Shown piece after piece: positions 28,780 to 37,421 of a stretch of DNA of 64,000 bases. The notes under the pieces are model-generated. The model ran no database searches. It was not told the origin of the DNA and saw only the letters and a list, made by a program, of their open reading frames with translations. Source of the DNA: Acutalibacteraceae bacterium (GTDB taxonomy: Bacteria; Bacillota; Clostridia; Oscillospirales; Acutalibacteraceae); the NCBI GenBank assembly GCA_045602905.1, contig JAZSCL010000047.1, positions 17,519 through 81,518 of the forward strand, written 5' to 3'. Position 1 is the first letter of the stretch. Every line of letters starts with the position of its first letter. The position numbers and the translations under genes are program-made.

Positions 28780-29007
28780 TCAGATTCTGTCTTCGATGTA
28801 AACAGCAAGGTCGCCGACTGTCTTGATTTTTTCAAGAGCTTCATCGGAAAGCTCGATATCAAATTCGTCTTCGATTGACATTGCAAGGTCAACAAGGTCA
28901 AGGCTGTCTGCGCCGAGGTCGCCGGTTATTGTTGAACCCTCTGAGATGATGCTCTGGTCAACTTCAAGCTGCTCGCTGATGATCTTCTTGATTTTTTCTA
29001 ATACCAT
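28780..29007 (-). CDS. acpP: Acyl carrier protein
   Basis: DLGADSLD phosphopantetheine motif, IEDEFDI, IKTVGD. Confidence 0.95.
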   Translation of the reverse strand: MVLEKIKKIISEQLEVDQSIISEGSTITGDLGADSLDLVDLAMSIEDEFDIELSDEALEKIKTVGDLAVYIEDRI

Positions 29008-29101
29008 TTCGTATTCTCCTTTTTGTAATTTATCTTCGTATATACAATAACATATTATTGATTAAATTGTATTTTGTCAATAGTAAATTTCAACAAATTC
29101 C

Positions 29102-29130
29102 GAATAACCGCAAAAATCAACGAAATACTA
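29102..29130 (+). promoter_or_regulatory. SigG-type promoter of spoVAE
   Basis: GAATA-N17-AATACTA resembles the SigG consensus GHATA-N17/18-MAWAMTA. Confidence 0.55.
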
Positions 29131-29154
29131 AAACAAAAAGATGGCGGTGGAATT

Positions 29155-29520
29155 ATGGAAATAATAATTGACTTATTGAAAGCGTTTTTGGTTGGAGGGC
29201 TGATCTGCCTGACCGGACAAATCCTCATTGATATAACAAAGCTTACTCCGGGACGGATATTGGTTATGTTTGTTGTTTCGGGAGTGGTGCTGACTGCGTT
29301 GGGGATTTATGAGCCGCTTGTTGATTGGGCGGGAGCGGGAGCAACCGTTCCTTTGACGGGATTCGGCTTTGCAATGGCAAAGGGGATAGAAGCTGCGATT
29401 GCAGAGCAGGGGATAAGAGGGATTCTGACAGGTGCATTAACAGCATCTTCTGCCGGAATAACCGCAGCGGTTCTTTGCGGATTGGTTGCATCGTTCATTG
29501 CCAGACCAAAAGAAAAATAA
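29155..29520 (+). CDS. spoVAE: Stage V sporulation protein AE (SpoVAC/SpoVAEb family)
   Basis: AFLVGGLIC-x-GQILID-x-TKLTPGRILV and AGAGATVPLTGFG motifs. Confidence 0.9.
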   Translation: MEIIIDLLKAFLVGGLICLTGQILIDITKLTPGRILVMFVVSGVVLTALGIYEPLVDWAGAGATVPLTGFGFAMAKGIEAAIAEQGIRGILTGALTASSAGITAAVLCGLVASFIARPKEK

Positions 29521-29604
29521 TTCTTTGTCTACAATTAATAATATATATTTTTGGACTGTTGTCAACTTATTAAGAAATAAATTAATAAATTCTTAGGAAT
29601 TAAG

Positions 29605-29635
29605 AAAAAATCCCCTCGCCACCGGCAAGGGGAAA
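29605..29635 (-). terminator. Terminator of the 53-aa microprotein gene
   Basis: Minus strand TCCCCTTGCC-GGT-GGCGAGGGGA-TTTTTT. Confidence 0.8.
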
Positions 29636-29646
29636 CTCTGCTTCAA

Positions 29647-29808
29647 TTATGCTTCACAGCAGGAGCAGGAAACGTAGTTTTCTTCGCAATCTGCTTCAGC
29701 GTTCTTCTTGTCGAGGAACTTTTTAACTGCGAAATAAATTCCTGCAGCAATACCTGCGATTGCAGCGATGATGCCGATAACTTTGAGAACCTTCTTAAGA
29801 GTATCCAT
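29647..29808 (-). CDS. 53-aa single-TM microprotein with Cys-rich tail (below the ORF track cutoff)
   Basis: Hand translation MDTLKKVLKVIGIIAAIAGIAAGIYFAVKKFLDKKNAEADCEENYVSCSCCEA. RBS GGGAGGT, perfect promoter upstream, terminator downstream. Confidence 0.85.
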   Translation of the reverse strand: MDTLKKVLKVIGIIAAIAGIAAGIYFAVKKFLDKKNAEADCEENYVSCSCCEA

Positions 29809-29843
29809 AATTATTTACCTCCCGTGTAAATGTTTACATGGAA

Positions 29844-29872
29844 ATTATAGCTTAAATGAAATCAAATGTCAA
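29844..29872 (-). promoter_or_regulatory. Consensus SigA promoter of the microprotein gene
   Basis: TTGACA-N17-TATAAT. Confidence 0.85.
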
Positions 29873-29926
29873 TATGTTGTGGTGTAAAGTAATAAAAAGT
29901 TTACATGAACCCCAAAAAACTCAATA

Positions 29927-29950
29927 ACCGTGGTTTTCATCAACCACGGT
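29927..29950 (-). terminator. rpsT terminator
   Basis: ACCGTGGTT-N6-AACCACGGT hairpin followed by a T-rich tail on the minus strand. Confidence 0.7.
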
Positions 29951-29984
29951 CATTTAGCTTTGTTTTTAAGTTGTTAACAACAGC

Positions 29985-30236
29985 TTATTTAACGAGCTGT
30001 GCGAGTGCCGACTTTTTGTGAGCAGCATTGTTCTTGTGGATAAGACCCTTTGCAGCAGCCTGATCAACCTTTTTGATAGCATCTCTTACAAGAGCGTTAG
30101 CTTCGGGAGCATTAGCTTCAACGGCTGCATGAGCCTTTTTGATAGCTGTTTTGAGAGCTGTGTTTCTTGACTTGTTTCTTGCAGCTCTTGTCTTGTTAAC
30201 GATTACTCTTTTCTTAGCTGACTTGATATTGGGCAT
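29985..30236 (-). CDS. rpsT: 30S ribosomal protein S20
   Basis: MPNIKSAKKR ... KGLIHKNNAAHKKS. GGAGGT RBS. TTGCAA-N17-TATCAT promoter upstream. Confidence 0.97.
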   Translation of the reverse strand: MPNIKSAKKRVIVNKTRAARNKSRNTALKTAIKKAHAAVEANAPEANALVRDAIKKVDQAAAKGLIHKNNAAHKKSALAQLVK

Positions 30237-30375
30237 AACGACACCTCCTTCTTCATATAGGTGATTATGATAACACATTTTTTCAACAATTGCAAGAATT
30301 TTTTGAAAAAACTTTTAAAGTTTTGCAATTAATAATACTAAATATTTATAAAAAAATCAAGAGGTAATTTAAAAT

Positions 30376-31248
30376 ATGAATTTCAGAACCGATCTTGCAC
30401 TTGAAAGGTGCGAATTTTTAGGCAAAAAAAGAATAAACGGAATAGAAACCGAGGTTGTTGAATCGGATAAAGCGAAGGTGACAAGAATTGATATTCTGAA
30501 TGATGAAGGTGCCGATTCCGTAGGAAAACCCATTGGAAGATATATAACCGTTGAAGTAATGCCGTTTGCTGAGCACGCGCAGTTTATTGATGACAGTCTT
30601 GAAACGGTGATAGGGGAAATAAGAAATCTTATTCCTGAAGACGGAAGTGTTCTTGTTGCCGGGTTGGGAAACTCAAAAATAACACCGGATGCACTCGGCC
30701 CGAAGTGTGCATCGATGATTTTTGCAACAAGGCACATAACAGGTGAATTGTTGAAGGCAACGGGACTTTCGGGTTTGCGTAATGTTTCGACGTTTCAGAC
30801 GGGAGTTACGGGAGAAACCGGTGCTGAAGCGGCAGAACTGATAAAAGGAGCTGTCAGTGTTCTGAATCCGGATGTGGTTATAACAATTGATGCATTGGCG
30901 GCAAGAAATACGAACCGGCTCGGAACAACAATTCAGATGTGCAACACGGGAATTATACCGGGTTCCGGCGTGGGCAATTCAAGGCAGGAGATAAGCGAGA
31001 GAACAGTGGGAGTACCGGTTATTTCTTTGGGGATTCCCACGGTAGTTGATGCCGCAACTCTTATTCTTGACTGCAGCTGTCATGAGCTTGATGAAGAAGC
31101 TGTCGTCAATCAGGCAGGAAATATGATGGTAACTCCGAGAGAGGTGGACCTGATGATTGAACGTGCCGCAAAACTGACTTCGCTTGCTCTTAACTGTGCC
31201 TTGCAGCCACATATAAGCCCCGAGGATATGCTTATATTGACAGCTTGA
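30376..31248 (+). CDS. gpr: Germination protease GPR
   Basis: RTDLALE, GLGN-x-ITPDALGP, IDALAAR, PGSGVGN, GIPTVV, MVTPRE motifs. Divergent from rpsT, as is typical. Confidence 0.93.
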   Translation: MNFRTDLALERCEFLGKKRINGIETEVVESDKAKVTRIDILNDEGADSVGKPIGRYITVEVMPFAEHAQFIDDSLETVIGEIRNLIPEDGSVLVAGLGNSKITPDALGPKCASMIFATRHITGELLKATGLSGLRNVSTFQTGVTGETGAEAAELIKGAVSVLNPDVVITIDALAARNTNRLGTTIQMCNTGIIPGSGVGNSRQEISERTVGVPVISLGIPTVVDAATLILDCSCHELDEEAVVNQAGNMMVTPREVDLMIERAAKLTSLALNCALQPHISPEDMLILTA

Positions 31249-31254
31249 TGTGAT

Positions 31255-31287
31255 GAGGATGTTTCGTTGTTGAGACATCCTCTTTTT
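31255..31287 (+). terminator. gpr terminator
   Basis: GAGGATGTTTC-GTTGTT-GAGACATCCTC-TTTTT. Confidence 0.8.
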
Positions 31288-31378
31288 GCTTTTTGCTGAC
31301 AAAATCTATATATTGTGTTTGCGAAAGAGCTGACCACAATTCACTGCCAAAAAAATTTAAAATTTTATGAAAAAACTC

Positions 31379-31450
31379 TTGATATTCTTGAACGTTCATA
31401 TTATAATAAGGGTGCTCATGGGAAGAAAAGGAGAGAAAAGGGAAGAAATT
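31379..31450 (+). promoter_or_regulatory. dcw/mraZ promoter with three 10-bp-period repeats (putative MraZ boxes)
   Basis: TTGATA-N17-TATAAT (31379-31407), then TGGGAAGAAA AGGAGAGAAA AGGGAAGAAA (31419-31448). Confidence 0.65.
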
Positions 31451-31469
31451 CTGAAAGGAGGAGAAAGAC

Positions 31470-31913
31470 ATGTCGTTGCTTTTTGCGGGAAAAGAGATAA
31501 GAAAATTTGATCAGGTCAACAGAATGTCTATCCCTCCGGGATTCAGAAAAGATCTTGGCGAAACGGTTTATATGATGAAATCGATTTACAAGGAACCCTG
31601 CCTCATGATTTTCTCCGAAGAAGAATGGGAAATTTTCAGTATGGGCTTTATTTCTGCTTTCAGCGGTGAAAAACAAGCTAAAGCACAAAGAAAGCTTGCA
31701 GACAGGGTTGAGAAGCTGACCGTTGATAAATCCGGCAGAATCTCAATCAAGGATGATTTCAAAGCCTATGCGGCACTCGATGATGAGGTGCTTGTTGTTG
31801 GTACGATGAACAGAGTTGAGCTCTGGACTCCCGAAAACTGGGAGGCTTTCAACGCTGATGATGACGATGATTTCGATTTCAGCAATGTAAGTCTCAGCGC
31901 ACCGAGAATGTAA
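31470..31913 (+). CDS. mraZ: Transcriptional regulator MraZ
   Basis: Two DxxxR motifs (DQVNR, DKSGR), VG-x-NRVELW, first gene of the dcw cluster. Confidence 0.88.
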   Translation: MSLLFAGKEIRKFDQVNRMSIPPGFRKDLGETVYMMKSIYKEPCLMIFSEEEWEIFSMGFISAFSGEKQAKAQRKLADRVEKLTVDKSGRISIKDDFKAYAALDDEVLVVGTMNRVELWTPENWEAFNADDDDDFDFSNVSLSAPRM

Positions 31914-31916
31914 AAT

Positions 31917-32846
31917 ATGAGCGAAACAAAATCATTCCACCATGTTCCTGTTCTTTTTAATGAAAGCATTGAATCACTGAACATTAATCCTGAGGGAATT
32001 TATGTTGACTGCACCTCCGGCGGAGGAGGTCACTCCTCCGCTATCGCCCAAAAGCTCAGGGGCGGCAGGCTGATTTCTATTGACAGAGACCCGCAGGCAA
32101 TAGAGGTGCTTAAAGAGAGGCTTCTGCCTTTTGGCTGCGTAACCCTCGTGCATGATAATTTTTTTAACATCAAAAATATTCTTCAGACTCTCAATATAGA
32201 CGCGGTTGACGGAATTCTTGCTGACCTCGGCGTCAGCTCACATCAGCTTGATGAGCCGTCAAGGGGTTTTTCGTTTCATAACGATGCTCCTCTCGATATG
32301 AGAATGAGCCTTGAAGGGATGACGGCTGCTGATGTTGTGAACACACTTTCTCAGCAGCAGCTTCAAAAAATCATTTTTGATTACGGCGAAGAAAAATTTG
32401 CTCCGTCAATTTCAAGAGCAATTGTAAAGGCAAGAGAAATAAAGCCTATAGAAACAACTCTTGAGTTTTCGGAAATAATAAAATCCGCTATGCCGGCGGC
32501 CGCAAAAAGAGACGGACATCCTGCAAGGCGGACTTTTCAGGCTATAAGAATATTCACAAACAAGGAGTTGGATGGGCTGGGAAATGCCGTTCACGATATG
32601 TTTGACTGTCTGAAAAAAGGTGGCAGAGTCAGTGTGATAACGTTCCATTCTCTTGAAGACAGAACGGTTAAGCAGGAATTTGCTGCTCTTGCAAAAGGGT
32701 GCACTTGCCCCAAAAATTTCCCTGTGTGTGTTTGCGGAAAAACACCTTCAGCTAAAGTGCTTAAAGCTGTTGCACCCGGTGCAGGTGAGGTTTCCGACAA
32801 CATAAGAAGCCGCAGTGCCAGATTAAGAACGGCGGAAAAACTGTAG
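31917..32846 (+). CDS. rsmH: 16S rRNA m4C1402 methyltransferase
   Basis: HVPVL, DCTSGGGGHS, DLGVSSHQLD, PLDMRM, FHSLEDR, RSRSARLR motifs. Confidence 0.97.
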   Translation: MSETKSFHHVPVLFNESIESLNINPEGIYVDCTSGGGGHSSAIAQKLRGGRLISIDRDPQAIEVLKERLLPFGCVTLVHDNFFNIKNILQTLNIDAVDGILADLGVSSHQLDEPSRGFSFHNDAPLDMRMSLEGMTAADVVNTLSQQQLQKIIFDYGEEKFAPSISRAIVKAREIKPIETTLEFSEIIKSAMPAAAKRDGHPARRTFQAIRIFTNKELDGLGNAVHDMFDCLKKGGRVSVITFHSLEDRTVKQEFAALAKGCTCPKNFPVCVCGKTPSAKVLKAVAPGAGEVSDNIRSRSARLRTAEKL

Positions 32847-32914
32847 CTTTATAAAAACTATAATCGGATGACTGTGACATTGTTGCTTGGTCTTGTGAAA
32901 GGAGGATAGAGGAA

Positions 32915-33412
32915 ATGGCTGATTATAATCGAAGCGAGGCGTATGATCTTTCGCTGTTTGATATGCCGGTAATAAAGGGTAGTGCTGCGCCGCAGATTAA
33001 CGATACCCCTAAAAAAGAAAAAACCGCTGTCAGAAAACCTAAAGCTGTTGAACAACAACGCAGGGAATCTGTTTCCTCTGCTCTTCGTGCACTTAAGCTT
33101 TTCCTTGTCTCGGCAACTTTGCTTCTTCTTTTCGGATCTGTTCTTTTTTCAAGGATAAGCCTTGTTTTGCTGGAAGACAGAGCAGCCGAAATCACAGCGC
33201 AAATTGACGAAGCTGAGAGCGAAAACACAAGACTGGTGATGGCACTCAATTCATCGGTGTCAATCGAAAAAATTGATGCATATGCAGTTTCGGTTTTGGG
33301 TATGCAAAAGCTTGAACGCTACCAGGTACGCTACTTTGAAAACAGGGATGGCGACAAAGTGGTTATGGCAGGCGGAAAAGCTGTTGATGATGAGGTTAAG
33401 GCGGCCGGCTGA
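32915..33412 (+). CDS. ftsL: FtsL-like cell division protein
   Basis: Bitopic TM, coiled coil and A-x-x-x-LGM motif. Sits between rsmH and the PBP. Confidence 0.7.
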   Translation: MADYNRSEAYDLSLFDMPVIKGSAAPQINDTPKKEKTAVRKPKAVEQQRRESVSSALRALKLFLVSATLLLLFGSVLFSRISLVLLEDRAAEITAQIDEAESENTRLVMALNSSVSIEKIDAYAVSVLGMQKLERYQVRYFENRDGDKVVMAGGKAVDDEVKAAG

Positions 33413-33493
33413 AAGCGGTCGGCAGCTTTATCTGATTAAAACGGCATATGCAAAGCGATAACAGGCATATACATAATTATAGTCAGGATTATA

Positions 33494-33597
33494 GGCTGAG
33501 GCTGTCTCAATTTAGCGGACTGAAAAAGGCGTTTCCGATGCGAAGTTTGTCGGGAATTCGGTTTTTGTGCGCTGTATTTTGAGGCAGCAGCTTTTTT
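33494..33597 (+). other. ~100-nt imperfect long hairpin followed by a U-tract in the ftsL-pbp spacer
   Basis: Nested stems GCTGTCTCAA/TTGAGGCAGC, TAGCGGAC/GTGCGCTG, AAAAA/TTTTT and TTTCCGATG/TGTCGGGAA. Confidence 0.6.
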
Positions 33598-33649
33598 ATT
33601 ATTATATATAATATAAATAAAATTCATTTTATAGAAGGATGGAACGGCT

Positions 33650-35947
33650 TTGGATAAGATGTCACCGAGAAGAAAATTATTTCTCAGAGCTCTTTTGGTG
33701 TTTTCGCTTCTTTCTGTTGTTGTTTTCGGTGCAAGCACTGTTAACCTTGTAAGAATACAGCTCATAGACAGCGACAGATACAAACAGCAGGCAGAAAAGA
33801 ATCAGCTTCATGATACAGAGCTTTCGGCGGAGCGCGGAATAATCTATGATGCAAACGGAACCGTGCTTGCGCAGAGTGCATCGGTATGGAAGGTTTATAT
33901 AAAACCCAGTGAAATCGAAAATGAAGATTTCAAAAATGACCTCTGCAGAAAGCTTTCGGAAATAACCGGAGTTGAGGTTGAAAGCATCAAGGAAAAAGCG
34001 GATAAAAGCAAATACTCTTACCTTGTGGTAAAAAGACAGATTGAGCTTGAGGAAAAAAACAGGGTAGCCGATCTTCTCAACGATTATTATTCATACAACG
34101 TGCTTGAAGAAAATGATGACGGCACTCTTGAAAATAAAACCAAGAAGATTTATTACAGCTCGGCAATTGGTATCGACCCTGATGTCAAGAGATATTATCC
34201 CTACGGAAGACTTGCTTCGAATGTTATCGGTTTTACGGGTACAGACGATATCGGACGTTCGGGACTTGAACTTAAATATGACACTGTGCTTACAGGTACG
34301 CCGGGAAGAATAATAACTGCTCAGAACGGCAAAAGCGATGTTATGAGTCAGGAGTTTGAAACGGTATACGATGCCGTTCAGGGAACAAGTCTTGTTCTTA
34401 CGGTTGACGAGGTTATTCAGCGCTATCTCGAGGATGAGCTCAGACAGGTTTATACGGATTCCAAGGGCGCAGGCGCTTACGGAATCGTTATGGATGTTGA
34501 TACCGGTGCAATCCTTGCTATGGCATCCATGGATAACTACGACCTTAACGATCCTCAGGCTTTCACGGACGAAGAAAAGGCAGAGCTTGAAGAAGCATAT
34601 CCCGATGATATTGCGGCAAGAAGTGCAGCAAGAAACAGTATTCTTTTTGCAAGATGGAGAAACTTTATCGTCAGCGACAGCTATGAACCCGGATCTGTTT
34701 TCAAAATCATAACAGCTGCAGCGGCGCTTGAAGAAAATGCGGTTGAAATGGATATGAATTATTACTGCTCAGGTAAAATTCAGGTTTCCGACAGAACTAT
34801 CAAATGCCACAAGCGTTCAGGTCACGGTTCGCAGGATCTGACTGCGGGACTTATGAATTCATGCAACCCGTATTTTGTTACTGTTGGTCAGAAGCTCGGT
34901 AAAGAAAAATTCTTTGAATATTTTGAAGCATTCGGATTCACCGAAAAAACAGGAATAGATCTTCCTGCAGAATCAATGCCCGTTGCGGGTGTTAACTACC
35001 ATTCGCTCGAAAGAATGGGAATAGTTGAGCTTTCCAGCTCATCGTTCGGTCAGTCGTTCCAGGTAACGCCCATTCAGATGATAACCGCAATCAGTGCAAT
35101 CGCAAACGGCGGACATCTTATGACACCTTATCTTGTTCAGAAGCAGCTTGATGAAAAAGGAAACGTAATCAAGGAAACACAGCCTGTTGAAAGACGTCAG
35201 GTTGTTTCGGAGCAGACGGCGGCATCTGTTGCTGAAATGATGGAAGCGGTTGTAACGAAGGGAACAGGTAAGAATGCGTATGTTGCGGGCTACAGAGTTG
35301 CAGGAAAAACGGGTACATCGCAGAAATTGACAAGCGGAAAAGGCAAATATGTTGCTTCGTTCGGATGCTTCGCTCCTGCCGATGACCCTGAAATTGCCGT
35401 TCTTATCCTTGTTGACGAACCTGTAGGACAGTATAACGGCGGACAGATTTGTACACCGGTAGCCGCAAAGGTTATTGATAAGTCACTCGAATATCTCGGA
35501 GTTGAAAGACAGTATACGAAGGATGAACTTGAACTTCTTGATACAAACGCACCAAATCTTGTCGGAAAATCGGTGAGCGAATCAAAGTCATATCTCAGAA
35601 AAGAAGGCTTTGAGGTTAAGATTGTGGGCGACGGAGAAACTGTTCTTAATCAGGTTCCCGCCTATAACCAGACTATTCCTCAGGACGGCATCATCGTTCT
35701 TTATACCGAGGATACCGAGGAAAGACTTATGGTCAAGGTTCCCGATCTTCGTCTTATGAGCGTTTCACAAGCAAATAAATATGCACTTTCCGCAGGATTA
35801 AACATCAAGATTTCGGGTAATGCTTTGAATACGGGCGAACTTGTTTCGTATGACCAGAGTATTGCTCCCGAAGAAGAGGTTGAATACGGAACAACCGTTA
35901 CAGTTTACTTTAAATCAAATACAGGCGTAAGCGATTACGCAGACTGA
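33650..35947 (+). CDS. Class B penicillin-binding protein (SpoVD/FtsI type) with two PASTA domains
   Basis: RGIIYD, RYYPYG, GLELKYD, EPGSVFK (SxxK), SCN and KTG motifs. TTG start. Confidence 0.93.
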   Translation: MDKMSPRRKLFLRALLVFSLLSVVVFGASTVNLVRIQLIDSDRYKQQAEKNQLHDTELSAERGIIYDANGTVLAQSASVWKVYIKPSEIENEDFKNDLCRKLSEITGVEVESIKEKADKSKYSYLVVKRQIELEEKNRVADLLNDYYSYNVLEENDDGTLENKTKKIYYSSAIGIDPDVKRYYPYGRLASNVIGFTGTDDIGRSGLELKYDTVLTGTPGRIITAQNGKSDVMSQEFETVYDAVQGTSLVLTVDEVIQRYLEDELRQVYTDSKGAGAYGIVMDVDTGAILAMASMDNYDLNDPQAFTDEEKAELEEAYPDDIAARSAARNSILFARWRNFIVSDSYEPGSVFKIITAAAALEENAVEMDMNYYCSGKIQVSDRTIKCHKRSGHGSQDLTAGLMNSCNPYFVTVGQKLGKEKFFEYFEAFGFTEKTGIDLPAESMPVAGVNYHSLERMGIVELSSSSFGQSFQVTPIQMITAISAIANGGHLMTPYLVQKQLDEKGNVIKETQPVERRQVVSEQTAASVAEMMEAVVTKGTGKNAYVAGYRVAGKTGTSQKLTSGKGKYVASFGCFAPADDPEIAVLILVDEPVGQYNGGQICTPVAAKVIDKSLEYLGVERQYTKDELELLDTNAPNLVGKSVSESKSYLRKEGFEVKIVGDGETVLNQVPAYNQTIPQDGIIVLYTEDTEERLMVKVPDLRLMSVSQANKYALSAGLNIKISGNALNTGELVSYDQSIAPEEEVEYGTTVTVYFKSNTGVSDYAD

Positions 35948-35972
35948 CACAAGACTTCCGGAGGACAAAGGA

Positions 35973-37421
35973 ATGAAGCTTAATCTGATTATCAAGGATT
36001 TGGGACTTGATAAATCTTTTGAAGAAAAAGAAATAACTTATATAACGGATAATTCTGCAAAGGTTTGCGAAGGATGCATTTTTATCTGCATTGAAGGCAG
36101 ACGCTTTGACGGTCACACCAAGGCGGCTGAAGCGCTTGAAAAGGGTGCTGCTGCGGTGGTTGTTCAGAAGGATATGGGACTTGAAAACCAGATTCTTGTT
36201 GAAAACACGAGAAGTGCTTATGCAAAAATATGCGCCGCATTTTACGGCCATCCCGAAAAGGAGCTTAAAATCATCGGCGTAACGGGAACAAACGGAAAAA
36301 CAACTTCCTGCTTTATTCTCAAATCAATTCTTGATAAGCTCGGCTATAAAACCGGACTTCTCGGTACGGTTAAAAACATCGTAGGCGATAAGGAATATCC
36401 TGCGGCGCTCACAACCCCAGATTGCTATGAGCTTTTCGGCTTGTTCAGAGAAATGGTTGATTACGGATGCGAATACTGCGTTATGGAGGTTTCTTCTCAG
36501 GCGCTTGACCAGAGAAGAGTTGACGGCGTTCACTTTGATGCAGCCATATTCACAAATCTTACCCGTGATCATCTTGATTATCACGGCACATTCGAAAACT
36601 ACAAAGCTGCAAAGCATATGCTTTTTGAAAATTCGGATCTTGCGGTACTTAATACCGATGATGAATGTGCAGAAGAAATGGTTGAAGGAACAGACTGCAG
36701 AAAGGTTACCTTCTCCGTTAACAATGACCGCTGTGATTATTCGGCAAAGAACATCAGAATCTCCGCTTCGGGAGTCAAGTATGAGCTTGTGAGCAACAGC
36801 AACATCGGCAGAGTCAGATTTGCGGTTCCCGGTAATTTCTCGGTTTATAATTCAATGGGTGCAGTTATCTGTCTTGTTGAAATGGGAATGGATTTCAAGG
36901 CTGTTCTTGATGCGGTTGCAGAATGTGTCGGCGTTCCCGGCAGAATGGAAGTTGTTCCTACCGACACACCGTATACCGTTCTGATTGACTATGCGCACAC
37001 CCCCGACGGGCTTGAAAATGTGCTCAGCACCGTTCGTGAAATCACCGAAGGCAAGGTTATTGTTGTATTCGGCTGCGGAGGGGACAGAGATAAAACAAAA
37101 AGACCCATTATGGGTGAGATAGCTGTTAAGATGTCGGATGTTGCGGTTATAACCTCCGATAATCCCAGAAGCGAAGATCCTGAAAGCATAATAGAGGATA
37201 TCACGGCAGGAATCGGCAGGGGCAACGCAAAGGTTATCGTTGACAGTGACAGAACAGGTGCAATCGAAAAGGCGCTCGAAACAGCAAAAGAAGGGGATAT
37301 CGTTGTTCTTGCAGGCAAGGGTCAGGAAACCTATCAGATTCTTGCAAGCGGCAAAATCCACTTTGACGAGCGTGAAGTGGTTGCAAAAATCCTTTCCGAA
37401 AAGGCGGCTGATAATAAATGA
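35973..37421 (+). CDS. murE: UDP-MurNAc-tripeptide synthetase (meso-DAP type)
   Basis: GVTGTNGKTT, MEVSS, DHLDYH, DYAHTPD motifs and the DNPR DAP-specificity motif. Confidence 0.96.
   Translation: MKLNLIIKDLGLDKSFEEKEITYITDNSAKVCEGCIFICIEGRRFDGHTKAAEALEKGAAAVVVQKDMGLENQILVENTRSAYAKICAAFYGHPEKELKIIGVTGTNGKTTSCFILKSILDKLGYKTGLLGTVKNIVGDKEYPAALTTPDCYELFGLFREMVDYGCEYCVMEVSSQALDQRRVDGVHFDAAIFTNLTRDHLDYHGTFENYKAAKHMLFENSDLAVLNTDDECAEEMVEGTDCRKVTFSVNNDRCDYSAKNIRISASGVKYELVSNSNIGRVRFAVPGNFSVYNSMGAVICLVEMGMDFKAVLDAVAECVGVPGRMEVVPTDTPYTVLIDYAHTPDGLENVLSTVREITEGKVIVVFGCGGDRDKTKRPIMGEIAVKMSDVAVITSDNPRSEDPESIIEDITAGIGRGNAKVIVDSDRTGAIEKALETAKEGDIVVLAGKGQETYQILASGKIHFDEREVVAKILSEKAADNK

Noticed and set aside
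31389-31398. LexA/SOS box in the mraZ promoter spacer (TGAACGTTCA)
   Set aside because: The Firmicute SOS box needs GAAC-N4-GTTC; here the spacer is zero.
33494-33597. SRP (4.5S) RNA or 6S RNA identity for the long hairpin
   Set aside because: It lacks the SRP helix-8 CAGG/GGAA/AGCAG motif, and it is too short for 6S with no central bubble.
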